A stretch of DNA of 64,000 nucleotides from NCBI GenBank assembly GCA_028023455.1, contig JAQFVV010000003.1, forward strand, positions 18,228,001 through 18,292,000, given 5' to 3'. This DNA comes from Epiperipatus broadwayi (Eukaryota > Animalia > Onychophora). Below, in pieces: positions 27,230-39,776 of the stretch (position 1 is its first letter; each line of letters opens with the position of its first letter). The position numbers and the translations under genes are program-made. The notes beneath the pieces were generated by a model. The model was given only the letters and a program-made list of their open reading frames with translations. It had not been told where the DNA came from and ran no database searches.

Positions 27230-28288
27230 CATATAAGTGTAGATATTTATATTTATAGTAATAGTGAAGTTATTAAAGAAAAAAGACATACTGCTATTTT
27301 TTTCTTAAAAACATTCTGTTTACCTTTAGTCAAAGCTTAGGAAGATGCAAGAGCTTTAAGCACAGTGACAAAATAAGTAAAAGTATGGGGCAAACAAAAA
27401 GGAAAACCCAAAATTTATTAAAATAACAAATTTAATAAATTATAAATTGGCCATTACTATATAAATATGATATTACATTAAAAAATTAATTATTTTAACT
27501 TTTTAGAATATTTTGCTATCAATTCTTTTTTTTTTCTTTTTTAATTCTTATTATCAGTAAATAATGAAATATCTGGAAAGTTAAATAATTACTTCTGCAT
27601 AAATTAGAGCAATACTTTATGTATATATTTGACAAATTATTGTTAAAGAATTATAGATGAATAGATTAAAGTAATTAAAAAATTAGAAATGACTATTTCT
27701 GAAAGCTTTAAATATTTGAAATAGCTAGATTGTACTTTATTAAAACATAATAAACCATATTATTACTAAAATATGACACAGGTAAGATTTTAATTAGTGT
27801 TTCAGAGTTTCTCCTCTTGACAGTCATTATCTTTCTTACTTTATAAGTTACTTTAATAATGAGTTTTGTTAGTCAAAATATCAAATTATTTACAAGACAA
27901 TTTTAAAATAAGATCTTCACAGCCATCCTTCAATAGGTAGCCATTCATTTATAGTTTGATAGGTTTCCATAAATTTCTTTATGTATCTTCAGTTAAAGGA
28001 TATGGTTTCTTATATTTATGTGTTATCCAATATGGTTTGAGAATTTCAAAGGTATGCAAGCAGTTGACTGAAATGTTTTTTTTTTCTTTATCTATTCATT
28101 TTACAATATCATTGTTCAACAGCTATTCTGCAGCTAGCTTCTGTTCTTCTAATATCTCTTTACCATTGTAAATTTATGACTTTTTGCTACAACTAAATAG
28201 CAACCTGTTTGTCACAATTTATATAGATTTGAGAATTGTATTCACAATATCTTTTTGTATTCTTACAGAGATTTATTCTTAAACAAGG

Positions 28289-30635
28289 ATGTGATGTGAT
28301 GTGATGTATTTGGCTTCTCCTTAAGCGAAGTCAAGAATATCTCAGCAACTATGCCCAGATAAACCTGTTAGCCACTTTATTTTCCATTCCCCACTCTAAG
28401 TCTTCCCATATTCTGCCCCATCCCATTTCCACAACATAACCTTTGTCAACTCTATGGCCTTTAAATCAAAATCCCCCTTATCTTTTCGCAAACCCAGCAT
28501 AAAAACTACCAACTCACTTTCTGTATTGTCACTTTGTTCATACCTATTCTCCCATAACTTCATTATCTGTACCCTTTCTGCTTTCAAGCATTTACATTCA
28601 ATCAACAGATGCCTAATATTTTCTATACCTTCCTTACACAATTTGCACGCTAAATCACCCATAGTTTTCCATTTACATGTATATTCTCTTGTTGCTAAAG
28701 ATCCCGTTCGAGCCTTAAACAATAAACTACTTTCCTTACTATTATCATAAATTAACTCGCTTCTAATATTCCGTTTACTTCTATATATATTTAAACTCTT
28801 CTTACCCTCCATACTACTTCTCCAACTCCCTATTTTTTATTAATACTTCTATTCTTTTATCCCATTCCTTACCACTATAACACTCAACAATCCTCCTAAC
28901 ACAATCATCCCACCTTTTATACAAGTATACTGATAAAAATTCTTTATCCAAATCTTTTGCATACCGCATTACCTTTCTCACCCATCTTGTTACCTGCCCT
29001 TTACTCATAACCCAATTAAACACTATTTTGGCTATTCTTTTACTATCCATGAACTGCAACCTACCAAACATTTTCATTTTACTTTTTGCATCTCTCATAT
29101 AGAAACTTGACCATCCCATTTCTCCTTGAATTGCCTCCTTTGCTGTCCACATCTCTGCATCTAATGCATATCTTCCTACTTCCCTTTGTACTTTCTCTAA
29201 ATAATCTAAAATCCTTTTACTAACACATAATGCATCATTACCATATGTTAACCCTGCTACTGCAACTCCCTTCCATATACTTCTAGCTACATCATATTTA
29301 TTATATAAAAATACTGTTGGTTTTTTTACCAAACCTTTTCTTTTCTTTGCTTCATTTACCAATTTTTTCTCCCATTCAACCAAGCAATTTTCCTGATTAC
29401 ATAAGATGATTCCCAAATACCTATATCTATCCACCACACTTAACTTTATATCCCCCAATAAAAAAACTACATCCTCTCTTTACCCACCTTTGCACATGTC
29501 CTCAACATAATATCCATATCTTCTCTTCTTTCTGCACATAAAAAGATATCATCTGCAAAAAAAAGACCCGACAAAGTATATACTCCTTTGCCACCTATTA
29601 ATGGTATCTCTACCCCTCTTCCTACTCTTTCTATTGCTTTTTCCATTTCACTCAAAAACAACAAAAACAAAATCGGTGACATAGGGCATCCTTGCCTTAA
29701 TCCCACTCCATTTTTAACTTTAACTGATTCTATATCCCCTAATTGGTAAGTATAATAATTATTTTCATATAATTTCTTAATAATATTTACTAAAGCTTCA
29801 TCCATTCCCAAATTGGCTAATCTTACCCATAATCTATTTCTATTTACTCTATCATATGCTTTCTCTATATCTATAAAACTCATATATAGTGATCTACCTG
29901 AATTCCTACTCATCTCCATAAGTGGTGTAACTACAAACAAACTATCTCCTATACGCCTATCTGACCTAAAACCTCCTTGCATTTCCTCCACTACATTATT
30001 CTCTTCCATCCATTTTACAACTCTTCCAGCTACCATATATGCGAAAACTTTATATAAAACTGATGTTACTGCTATCGGTCTATAATTATTTAACTTTCTA
30101 TGATCCTTACCCTTTCCTTTAAATAATAATCTTATTCTTGTATTACTCCAACTACCCGGAAAAACTGTCTTCTGCGCCATCTTATTAAAACATGATAATA
30201 ACTTTGCTTTTGCTCTATGCCCTAAATTCATTACCATCTCTGCTGCCCATCCATCTTAACCTCTCGCTTTTCCACTTTTCAATCTCTTTCCTGCCTCATT
30301 CAATTCATTTTTTGTGAACCTAATATTCCCACTACTAACTGCTTTCATGTTTTCTATCACTAATTCCTTCACATCTAACATCTTTTCTATATCCATTACA
30401 TATCTATTTTAAGATTTTCTCTAGCTCGCCTCTAGAGCTACATTCTATTCCCTCATCATCTATTAATACTATCTCTCTTTCCCCTACATTTCTCCTTTTA
30501 ATGTAATTCCAAAATTTTTTACTCCCATTTCTTCCACTTTTATTAATATCCTCCAACAATTTATTATTTAACTTCATCCTCTCTCTATAATTATCCATTT
30601 TAGCTAGCTTCTTCTTTTCCAAGTACTTTCCCCAT
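28289..30635 (-). mobile_element. 5'-truncated non-LTR retrotransposon (RT plus C-terminal CCHC motif)
   Basis: NYRPIAVTSVLYKVF, QGGFR, FIDIEKAYDRV, GLRQGCPMSPILF, FFADDI and CKLCKEGIENIRHLLIEC, with an (ACATC)n 3' tail at 28289-28308. Clade not assigned. Confidence 0.92.
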
Positions 30636-31080
30636 TTAGCAAGGCAAAACTCTCCATACAGTAGTGCCACCCTGTGCCAATCAGAGTAATCAATGGATGC
30701 CAGAAGGCTTGTGCATAAAATCTCTATCCAGTGCCTACTCATCCAATATCCCCAGACTAGTTTCTGGCTTGTGGCTTTCGTCAGTGAGGAGCCTTGAATC
30801 TGAGAGCACTGCACCTAGATCTTAGAATCTAATGCAACCCTCCAGCAGTCACCTTTTATCTCTACTTAACTACAAAACTATGAGAATGAAATTGAAAACT
30901 CAATAATATTTTCAATCTAAACTCAATAGCTTATATAGTCATATGGGTCTGAACTCAGTTTAGCATGCATCCATTGATTATTCGCGTTGGCACAGGGTGG
31001 CACTAATGTATGTAGAGTTTTGCCTTGTTTAATAACAATTATGTGCTAGTATAAGAGATAGTGATCATGTGATGTTTAGG
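30636..31080. mobile_element. Family B, longest copy, containing a hammerhead
   Basis: Inverted ends AAGGCAAAACTCTCCATACAGTAGTGCCACCCTGTGCCAA / TTGGCACAGGGTGGCACTAATGTATGTAGAGTTTTGCCTT, with a ~50-nt tail only on the right (31029-31080). Confidence 0.8.
30749..30790 (-). ncRNA. Type-I hammerhead ribozyme, catalytic core intact, stem II weakened
   Basis: Minus strand: TCCTCA CTGACGA AAGC CACAA GCCA GAAA CTAGTC TGGGGA. It has a 6-bp stem I, a palindromic stem III (ACTAGT) and a GUC cleavage triplet. Confidence 0.8.
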
Positions 31081-31844
31081 GATTTATTTTTGTTTATATT
31101 TATAATAAATTTCTTAATTAGGTTTAAATCAAAAACAACAAAACATGTTTTTTTTCTTTTTTATATCTATAACTAATAAAAAAGTAGAAAAGACAAAATT
31201 TATTTAATTTTATGCAAGTGAAAGTAAATTAATTTTCTTTTGAATATATAGATTAAATAGATTTGTTATCTATTTAATTAAGGCGAAATGGATGATTCAA
31301 TTAATTAAATAAAGTATTTAAAAGTTTATCAATAATGTAGCTCATCAATATATATGTATCATCATTACAAAATAAGTCTAAAATATCTCAAAATATGTAT
31401 CTTCAAAAGGATAATTTTTTTGTTTAGAATAAAAAAATTAATTAAAACTTTTAATTAAACCATGATGTATTTACTTAGCTAACACTTCACAAAATCTCAA
31501 ATCAAATATAATAATCATTGGTTTAAGATTAAAACACCATGAAAATAATTGACATTTCTATTTATTACATATGTCATAGTGGAAAAAAATTTTTTTTCAT
31601 CAAAACCATATATCTTGAAATTTTTTATGGTTGCTCATAGCTTTATCCATAAATATAATGCTCCTCAAAGGAAAATAATATAATTCATTTATATGATTTC
31701 TATAAATATCTAGATAAGCATGAACAATCAGTATAAACTAAATAATAATGCCAAACAAATCTTTAGTTTCTAGTTATTTGCTTTCTCACTAGAAAGCAGT
31801 TTTGCAATATAGTTCATTGATGGCAGTAGCAGGGTTAACTTATG

Positions 31845-32976
31845 GTAATAATGTATTAGTAAAGAAGGGTTAGATTACTTAGAAAAAGTACAAAGAGAAG
31901 TAGGAAGACATGCATTAGATGAAGGTGTGTGAACAGCAAAGGGGGCAATTCAAGGAGAAATGGGATGGTCAAGTTTTTATATGAGAGATGCAAAGTAAAA
32001 TGAAAATGTTCAGTAGATTGCAATTTATGGATGATAATAATAGCCAAAATAGTATTTAATTGGATTATGAGTAAAAGACAAGCAACAAGATGGATGAGAG
32101 AGAAAGTACAATATATAGATTTGGATAAAAACTTTGTCAGTATACTTATATACAAAATTAACAAAGCGTATGACACACTTGAATGTGAAGCTATCAAGAT
32201 ACACAGAAATTATTACATGCATGTAATAATTTCTGTGTATCTTGATAGCTTCACATTCAAGTGTGTCATACGCTTTGTTAATTTTGTATATTAAATTATC
32301 AAATGAGAAGTTTTAAAATCTTTAATATTTTATCAATATACTTATACAAAAGTGGGATGATTGGGTTAGTAGAATTGTTGAGTGTTATAGTGGCAAGGAA
32401 TGGGATGGAAGAATAATAAAAAATAGGGAGTTGGAGAAATGGATAACTAGTATAGAGAGTAAAAAGAGCATAAATATATACAGAAGTAAACAGAATATTG
32501 AGTGAGAGTTAATTTATAATAATAGCAAAGAAAGTAGTTTACTGTTTAAGGCGCAAAAAGGATCATTAGCAACAAAGGAATATACACATAAATGGAGAAA
32601 TGTGGGTGATTTAGTCTGCAAGTTATGTAAGGAAGGCATGGTAAATATTAGGCATCTGTTAATTGAATATAAATGCTTACTGGCAGAAAGAATACAAATA
32701 ATGAAGTTGTAGGAGAATAAATATAAACAAAGTGATTATACAGAAAGTGGGGTCTTGTTTTTTATGCTGGGTTTGGAAAAAAATAAGGGGGATTTAGATA
32801 TAAAAGGCCATAGAGTGGATAAAGATAATGTTGTAGAAATGGGATGGAACAGGATAGAGAAGAATATGGGAAAAACTTAAGATGCAGAATGGAAAGGGAA
32901 GCAATAGGTTTTTTTGGACATAGTGACCGAGAGGTTCCTGACTCCAAGAAAGGAAAAGCCATAGTACATTACAACG
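31845..32976 (+). mobile_element. Second, more decayed copy of the 28289-30635 LINE family (3' ~1 kb), in the opposite orientation
   Basis: Co-linear with the reverse complement of ~28300-29250 (GAIQGEMGWSSFYMRDAK; CKLCKEGMVNIRHLLIEYKCL; 3' UTR ending AAGCCATAGTACATTAC). Confidence 0.88.
32148..32291. repeat. Perfect 144-bp palindrome with no spacer
   Basis: Checked base by base: 72-nt arms with zero mismatches; centre between 32219 and 32220 (ACATG|CATGT). Confidence 0.97.
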
Positions 32977-33267
32977 CATGGACAGCCATCTTTTACTCCT
33001 ATTATATTATCAATGACTTTTAACGTTTTGAATCCAATCATGATTTTATACTTGTATAGATTTAATAACTATATTTTAGGAATCTCAGTTATAAGCTATT
33101 TGCAGGCATATTTGGCCTTTTTAACAAAGGGATGCAAAATATTAAAATATATAATTCTCATAACCTTATTTAATGTGTTTGATTTTCATGAGTAATGTGA
33201 CATGTATTGAGTTATTGCAGTCAGTACATATTGGAATATAAACCAGAGGGTTGTCTGTTACTTTGAT

Positions 33268-33358
33268 AGATGGCAAAATATTGCTATGGGTGATTTTGTA
33301 AATACTAATCATGTCCAGCTTGATTTAATGCAGGATTCTGGAGCTTACGAGCTGAGGA
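33268..33358 (+). mobile_element. Family S SINE fragment
   Basis: The tail GAACTTGTCATGAATTCCTTAGCA matches family S. Confidence 0.45.
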
Positions 33359-35711
33359 TCTTACCCAATTCTCTCACTTCCAGCACACGAACTTGTCATG
33401 AATTCCTTAGCATTGAAGCCATTTATTTATTTTTTTATTTTAATAGTAATAATGAAATATAATATTTTAAAATTATATAATAATTTGAGAAAACTATGGC
33501 AACTTTTGCCTTTTTTTTCTTTTTCCACTATGCAATAAATATATGGCCTCATAAACAAGAAAAGCACATGGGAAAAAAATGAAATTTGACCAGAAAGTAA
33601 ATTGTCATGAGCTTTGTTTGAAATGCACTTAAAAGTTTAAAATTGAAAATGAGGCTTAATGGAAAAGATTTGGTCCCATTAGATGTTTACAATTTAAAAT
33701 ATTAAACAAGGCAGTGAGAAGACTGAAAAAAGATTCATAAAAGCATAAAGAAATCTGAATCAAAATATGATATTATTGGTGAAATGCTATTTATCAAAAT
33801 TTATTTTGAGAAGATGAGGGAAAAAACAATTAAATTTTTAATCAAAATAGTATTTTTTGAAAAATATGCATCATCAGATTGTAAAAAAATCATGGGATTT
33901 TTTCAGAAAGTTAACCCTTAATCACCACAGCCAGCCATTCAATATCAGTCAGTAAATAAGTGTGTATGCTTTGTTGAAAAAAATTCCAGAATAATATCTG
34001 GGGTGGTCAGATTAGTGTTGATGCACTAATGTGAAAAAAAACATGATTTTAATATGATGCAGCTTTTTATTTAGTGATAGATTATTGGGGTTTCATACAG
34101 CTTCAGACATTGTTAACACGATTAGTGTTGTTCTTATAGCAATTGTATTATTTGCGGTAATGAAAAATGAAATTAAAATATGCTTTCAGGAACAGTATGT
34201 GAAGTCTTTGACAGGGAGAATTTCTCATGGTAGCACAAATTGGATCTGGTTGCTGAAAATCTTAAAAAAAAAAAAAAAACGACAACTCTAAATCATAGAG
34301 AAAAATTCCCCAAAGAAATGGGCAGCCAATGAATGGAATTTCTAGGCTAATGCATGCCTGAAAACTCTTGTGATATCTAAAATGAGAGCAAAAGTCTTGT
34401 CTCTTCATTGGTTGTTCTTTTTTTAACCTTCAATTTTTTTAAATACAAGCCACATTTATACCTCTTATTCACTCTCTTATCTTATTCATTGGCAATAATT
34501 TTATTAAATTAGTTAGCCACTTAATAATCAGAAACAGTTTATAAATTTGTTATTAATTTTGTCAATAGTTAGTCAAAATTGTAATTGGAAAACCATTGAA
34601 TGAAAATACTATAAAATATCTTTACTTCAGCTGTCAAAAACGTGTTTGATCTGAGAAAAGTGAATTAGACATCATCAAAATATTAGCTGGTCAATACTTT
34701 TGAGAACTTTTTTTTTTTTTTCAGAAATAGCTTAAATTCATTTTAAAAACTTACAACAATCTGATCCATTTTGTATTGACCTAATAAATTCTTCCTTTGA
34801 AAACCTCTACATAATGTTCTCCAAAGCTTATTTTAATTTAATATACAGATAAAACACCATTAATCCATAGATTTCAAGAATGAATAGTTATCCTCTCTCC
34901 TCATTTTAATTAGGCTTATTAATTTATAGGTATTTGCTAAGTACTAAATTTTTTTTTCTTTTTTCTTTGTAAATATGTATATAAACTAGCTTATTTATTA
35001 TAAGAGGTTAAAGTCTTTGAAATTTTATTTGAATAATAGAAGTTTTTGAATAATTCTTTTTTGGTATTTTTTTTATATAAACTAGCTTATTTATTTGCCT
35101 TGTTTTTGAAATCTCAAAAAAAGTATTAGTTTTTATATAGTTTTATTTAATTTACTATATATTTTTTTGGCTATCTAAGAAATTTTATAAGCAAGTTTTC
35201 ACACTTTCCAATTTCTGATCTGGCTGAAATTTTGTACATATATGAATTCCCAATGACAATACTTTTTTTTTTTTTTTTAGGATTTGCAAATAAAAAATTT
35301 TGTATAGGATTTAGCACTCTTTATGATATTACCATCTAATGAAATTAAATTGTATCTAAACCTTTTCCGTTCATAATTTCTGCAACTATATGAAACTAAA
35401 AAGTAGAAATAGAAAATAAAAGCATGGAATGATCATGTTTAGAATTGTATTAATGTCAATCTATTTGTTAGAACACTTGCAAGTAATGCCTACTTTCTTA
35501 GTTTCAAGTGATCTAACAAATAGAATGGCATTAATACATTTTCTAAACATAATCGCTCCTTTCTTTTATTTGTGAAACCGGAAGAAAATTTATTTTCTAT
35601 GCTTTATGGCATATATATGAATAAAAGTATTTCTTTTATCAATAGATCTTTTATCTTGATATGTTTATGGGGTTTTTTCCCTTAAAGATTTAATGAAATT
35701 TCCTATTTTGC

Positions 35712-35964
35712 TTGTATTTTTATATTGGACTATTTCCATCATAACAACTGAAGAAGAATGGAGAATAATACCTTTCGAAACATTGTGCATATACTAACCT
35801 GTTTGATGTGCTATTACTAACAATTAAATCTATTTGGGATATTTAAATAAACTTAAATTTTTCTAAAGACATTCAATACACATATTAGATAGTGGAAATA
35901 ATCCAATATAAAAATACAACTAGAATACCATCATCACAAACCTTAAGGAAAACACTAAGTATTT
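35712..35964. mobile_element. Family A, short copy (~30-nt left arm; right arm starts at the HHR)
   Basis: TTGTATTTTTATATTGGACTATTTCC ... GGAAATAATCCAATATAAAAATACAA, plus the same one-sided tail (ATCATCACAAACCTT). Confidence 0.85.
35744..35787 (+). ncRNA. Hammerhead relic (family A); CUGAAGA and GAAA intact, stems I and III mutated
   Basis: CTGAAGA (35748-35754) A GAATGG agaataata CCTTTC GAAA (35777-35780) CATT GTG. Confidence 0.7.
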
Positions 35965-36626
35965 GGTAAGGACCCGATGCTATATCAAACTTTAGACATT
36001 ATGAAAAATTCCTGATATTTTTTTAGAAACAAATTCTATAAAATACTGTTCCAGAGATTGAATTATAAAATTTTTAAGGATTGAAATATTGAAAATGATA
36101 ATCAGTAATTCTAGAAATTTTTAAAATCATTTTAATATTTTGATTAACCAGAATGTTATTGTTATTATGAATAACAAAACTAAACACCATTTTGGATTGA
36201 TTCATTTCATTGTAAACTCTGCATTTTTCACACAAATTTACTCATATATATATATAAATTATTTCAGCATAATCCTCATGCTTAAACAAACTAAAAGAAT
36301 GTGAGCAATCTATTGTCAAAGCAACACTAATTAGGCAGTGAATTATAGTATCTTGAAAACAGACAGCCGATGTGCTTTTAATTTGTTTCAGCATGAGCAT
36401 TGTGCTGATATAATTTACATATGATAACCAGTTAGCTGTAGGCACTTATGTTTCAATATATATAGTTATTAAAATTATTCATAAATTATTTGTAGAATTA
36501 GCATATAAAAATATGCTTTCAGCTACTAAAAAAATATTCTTTGTCCATAATAGTTGAAAATATGCTTTTATAAATTAATTCTACAAAGAGATTTAATTAA
36601 AATATTGCTTTTCCTTTTTTTATTAG

Positions 36627-36775
36627 GGAGTTTACAATCGGTTACTTAGCTAAGGATGAAAATGGACAAGAAGTTTATTTGTCAATGTTATCAGACTGGG
36701 ATTTAGACGCTGCTTTCTTGAGTTCCTCAGATCCCAGTTTAAGATTGAAAGTGGATCTCAAACCATTTGAAGAAG
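36627..36775 (+). CDS. TBC1D25: TBC1D25 coding exon (EFTIGYLAKDENGQEVYLSMLSDWDLDAAFLSSSDPSLRLKVDLKPFEE)
   Basis: Acceptor cctttttttattAG and donor AAG|GTAATT. Phases are compatible with both neighbouring exons. Contains the conserved GQEVYLSxLSDWDL motif. Confidence 0.93.
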
Positions 36776-37597
36776 GTAATTGTAAATAAATAAAAAAATA
36801 ATTCATATTATTGCAATAATCATTTCACAGGAAAATATTAATTGCTAATATTACTAATGAAATATTGATTGATAAAAACAAATTAATGACAATTATTTTA
36901 CGATTGGAAAATTAGTAAGTTGATCTTTCCTATATTATTATAAATATATATTAGTAATTAATGAGGAAGTCTCCTTAGGCAAAAATCCATATTTTCTTAT
37001 CTGAGTTGTTCAAACCATTCTACAAATAACAGCATAATTACTTTTCTTAATATCTCTATTGTTCCTTACAAAATAGCCTATATAGTTTCCAGTTTTATCT
37101 CTGAGCTTCTCGCCAGTGATGCCCATAATGACCGATAAATTCTTGAACTAATTCTGAAGAAAGATTGAACAGGACTAAATCACAGAGAATTTTTTTTATG
37201 ATTATCTGATAATTGTTTATAAATAAGAGAAGCCTTTTTGGAACTGGAATAATATTGACAAACAGTAAAAAGTTACACAGGTAAGTAATTATAAAGATTG
37301 AAAGCTGCACATTGAATATTGAAGTATATTCTGAAGATTTAAATAACAGTAATAATGTATAACCTTACCAGAAGAATTTATGTAATAAATAATAATTTTA
37401 ATATATATAAAGTATCGGTAAATAATATACTGTTTGGTATATATATTTTAAATAAAAACAATTACCAACTTCAAGAAACATATTCTTAGTTTTTTCAAGA
37501 ATTCTCCCTTGTTCATTCATTTTTTTAATATGGTCATCATTCTTAATTTATAGTGATTTAAATTATTTCTCTTTGTTTTAACTTTATATATATATAT

Positions 37598-37793
37598 AAT
37601 TAAAAGTATAGGGAATTTGAACTCAGATTTTCAAGCATCCTCCATCCATCCACACTATTTCACACAACCGATAAACATGACTACACACATGAATTCTACA
37701 TGTGTGTGGTGATGTTTATCAGTTGTGTGAGATAGTGTGGATGGATGGAGGGTGCTTGAAAATCTGAGTTCAAATCCCCTATACTTACAATTA
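37598..37793. repeat. ~196-bp imperfect hairpin with an outward-facing B-box-like motif in each arm
   Basis: Arms GTATAGGGAATTTGAACTCAGATTTTCAAGCATCCTCCATCC... and ...GGATGGAGGGTGCTTGAAAATCTGAGTTCAAATCCCCTATAC, with TA-rich flanks. Confidence 0.9.
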
Positions 37794-38861
37794 AGCTCCA
37801 GGTTTGTGAAGAGTGCCTGGTTTTCAAATATATATAATTGAAACTGTCAGATTCAAACAAACAAAAATATACAAAAAAATATTAAATAATACCTCAAGAT
37901 GCATTTTTATTGAATTAGTGTCAGTTGACCCAAATCATCAAACCTCTCAAATTTTTTATTGTTATTATTTATCTATCATATTTTGCCACAATTTAATCCA
38001 CAAGCATTACAGTTCCCATATGGGTATAATATTTTAGATAAATATATGGATGTTATTAATAATTATTCATCAATCTAAAGATTGTTAAACTGTATTATTA
38101 TTAGTCAAAATGTAGACTTTAAACTTAATTAAATATCAATATATACATGTATGATATTATTATTTTTAGCTTTATTTTAAATATATATTTGAAAACTTCT
38201 TTTAATACTCTCACATCCTAAATAAATTAATAAAGGCATTGGGAAGAAGGTAATGACCCAAAATGTATTTCTGCTGTATAAAAATACTACTACTGTACAT
38301 GTATAGAGTTAGTAAGAAACAGTTATATTGATCTTTAACAGAGTTTATAAATCTATCCAAATACAGACAATATTCTTATTTTATCTAAACAAAATGAAAA
38401 CTTATAATATGAAAAAATCTTTTGCAATAGTAGTCTCGTAGCCTAACTTATTTCCCTCATTCGTCTAAGTTTGGATTAAAATTAATTTGTGATGCAAGTA
38501 TTTCTGGATAATATTTTAAATATTATGAGAAATGTTACTGGCAAACTCAAGTCTTCCTTTATAATGACTTCTCATTCTTTCACTTAGTCTTCTGCCAGAT
38601 ATTAAAAGAGAAGCTTCCTTACAGAAAATGCATAAAAAGCTGTTAAGTAGACCAGACTTGTCACTAATTCAACAAATAGTACAGTATCCAAATGTGTAAG
38701 TTATCCAGAGCAGTTATTTTTACCTTTCATTTTTAGGTATTATTAGAATATATTTTCTTTACAATATATATATATATATTAATTCTAATATTTTCATGGA
38801 TAAAAGATGTCATATTATTATTACTATTTGCGGGATATTCCGTGTAGTGAAAAAGCTAAAT

Positions 38862-38901
38862 GCTGACGTTTCAGTACAATATCAAGTACCTTCCTCAGAG
38901 C
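38862..38901 (-). ncRNA. Minimal type-I hammerhead ribozyme of the PLE terminal repeat, core intact
   Basis: Minus strand: GCT CTGAGGA A GGTAC ttgatatt GTACT GAAA CGTC AGC. Palindromic stem III (ACGT); predicted cleavage after GUC, between 38865 and 38864. Confidence 0.85.
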
Positions 38902-39736
38902 GTCCTCTTTCTCAAATCATAAGAATGCATGTGAGATTTAAAAACGTTTTTATCGTTTTCTTTCTCCTCATATTTAAATTCTATTGGTTGAGAAGTTTTA
39001 AAATTTATTTTCTCTTCCAATAGCTTCTTCCAAATGTTGTTAATCTTCTTTAATTCACACCTTTCATTTATGCTCTTGGGTCTTTTAAAAATCTCTATAG
39101 CTTCTCTTAGCAATCTCTGGTCATAATTGTTCAATTTTTGCTAAAATATTTGTTTTTTCAAAATTGATATCATGATTTGTTAATTTTATATGAGAATAAA
39201 TAGCTGATGAATTGGATTTTTCTCACTGCCAGAATGTGTTCTTCCTTTCTAATATTTATTCTACGATTAGTCTGTCCTATATATGTATGTGGACAGACCC
39301 TACATGGAATTTCATATACACCATGACACTCCAAAGCAATTTTATCTTTAGGAAGTGGAAATATTTCACTAATTTTTTTATAAGTAGTGTAAATTGTGTG
39401 AATATTATTATTTTTTTAAAATGTTACCAATTCTATCAGTTACTCCTTTTATATATGGCAAAATTGTCTTAATTTTTGATGTATCAAAATCTTTTTTCTT
39501 TTGATATGTATAAGCCCTATTAATAATGTTGTAATTAAAACTGTTACGAAGAAGCATTTTATTAGTAGCAAAAAGGTCCCGGTGAAAATGGCTATCATCA
39601 GAAAGTCTCTTTGTTCTATCCAATAATGTCTTTGCTACTGAAAATAGTTGTGCAGGATGGTGATGAGAGGAAAAATGCAGATATCTCCCAGAGTGTGTTG
39701 GTTTTTTATATATACCATGGGATAAAGAAAGAGGAC

Positions 39737-39776
39737 GCTCTGAGAAAGGTACTTGATATTGTACTGAAACGTCAGC
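39737..39776 (+). ncRNA. Hammerhead copy with G8>A (position 39745)
   Basis: Identical to 38862-38901 except that CTGAGGA reads CTGAGAA. Confidence 0.82.

Noticed and set aside
30636-31032. Family B as a piggyBac/Kolobok MITE with a TTAA TSD
   Set aside because: The same ~50-nt sequence lies outside the TTAA on one side at three loci, and the longest copy contains an HHR. Not fully excluded.
37085-37280. Poison exon ending at CAG|GTAAGT in the last TBC1D25 intron
   Set aside because: Strong donor, but no convincing acceptor and no supporting evidence.
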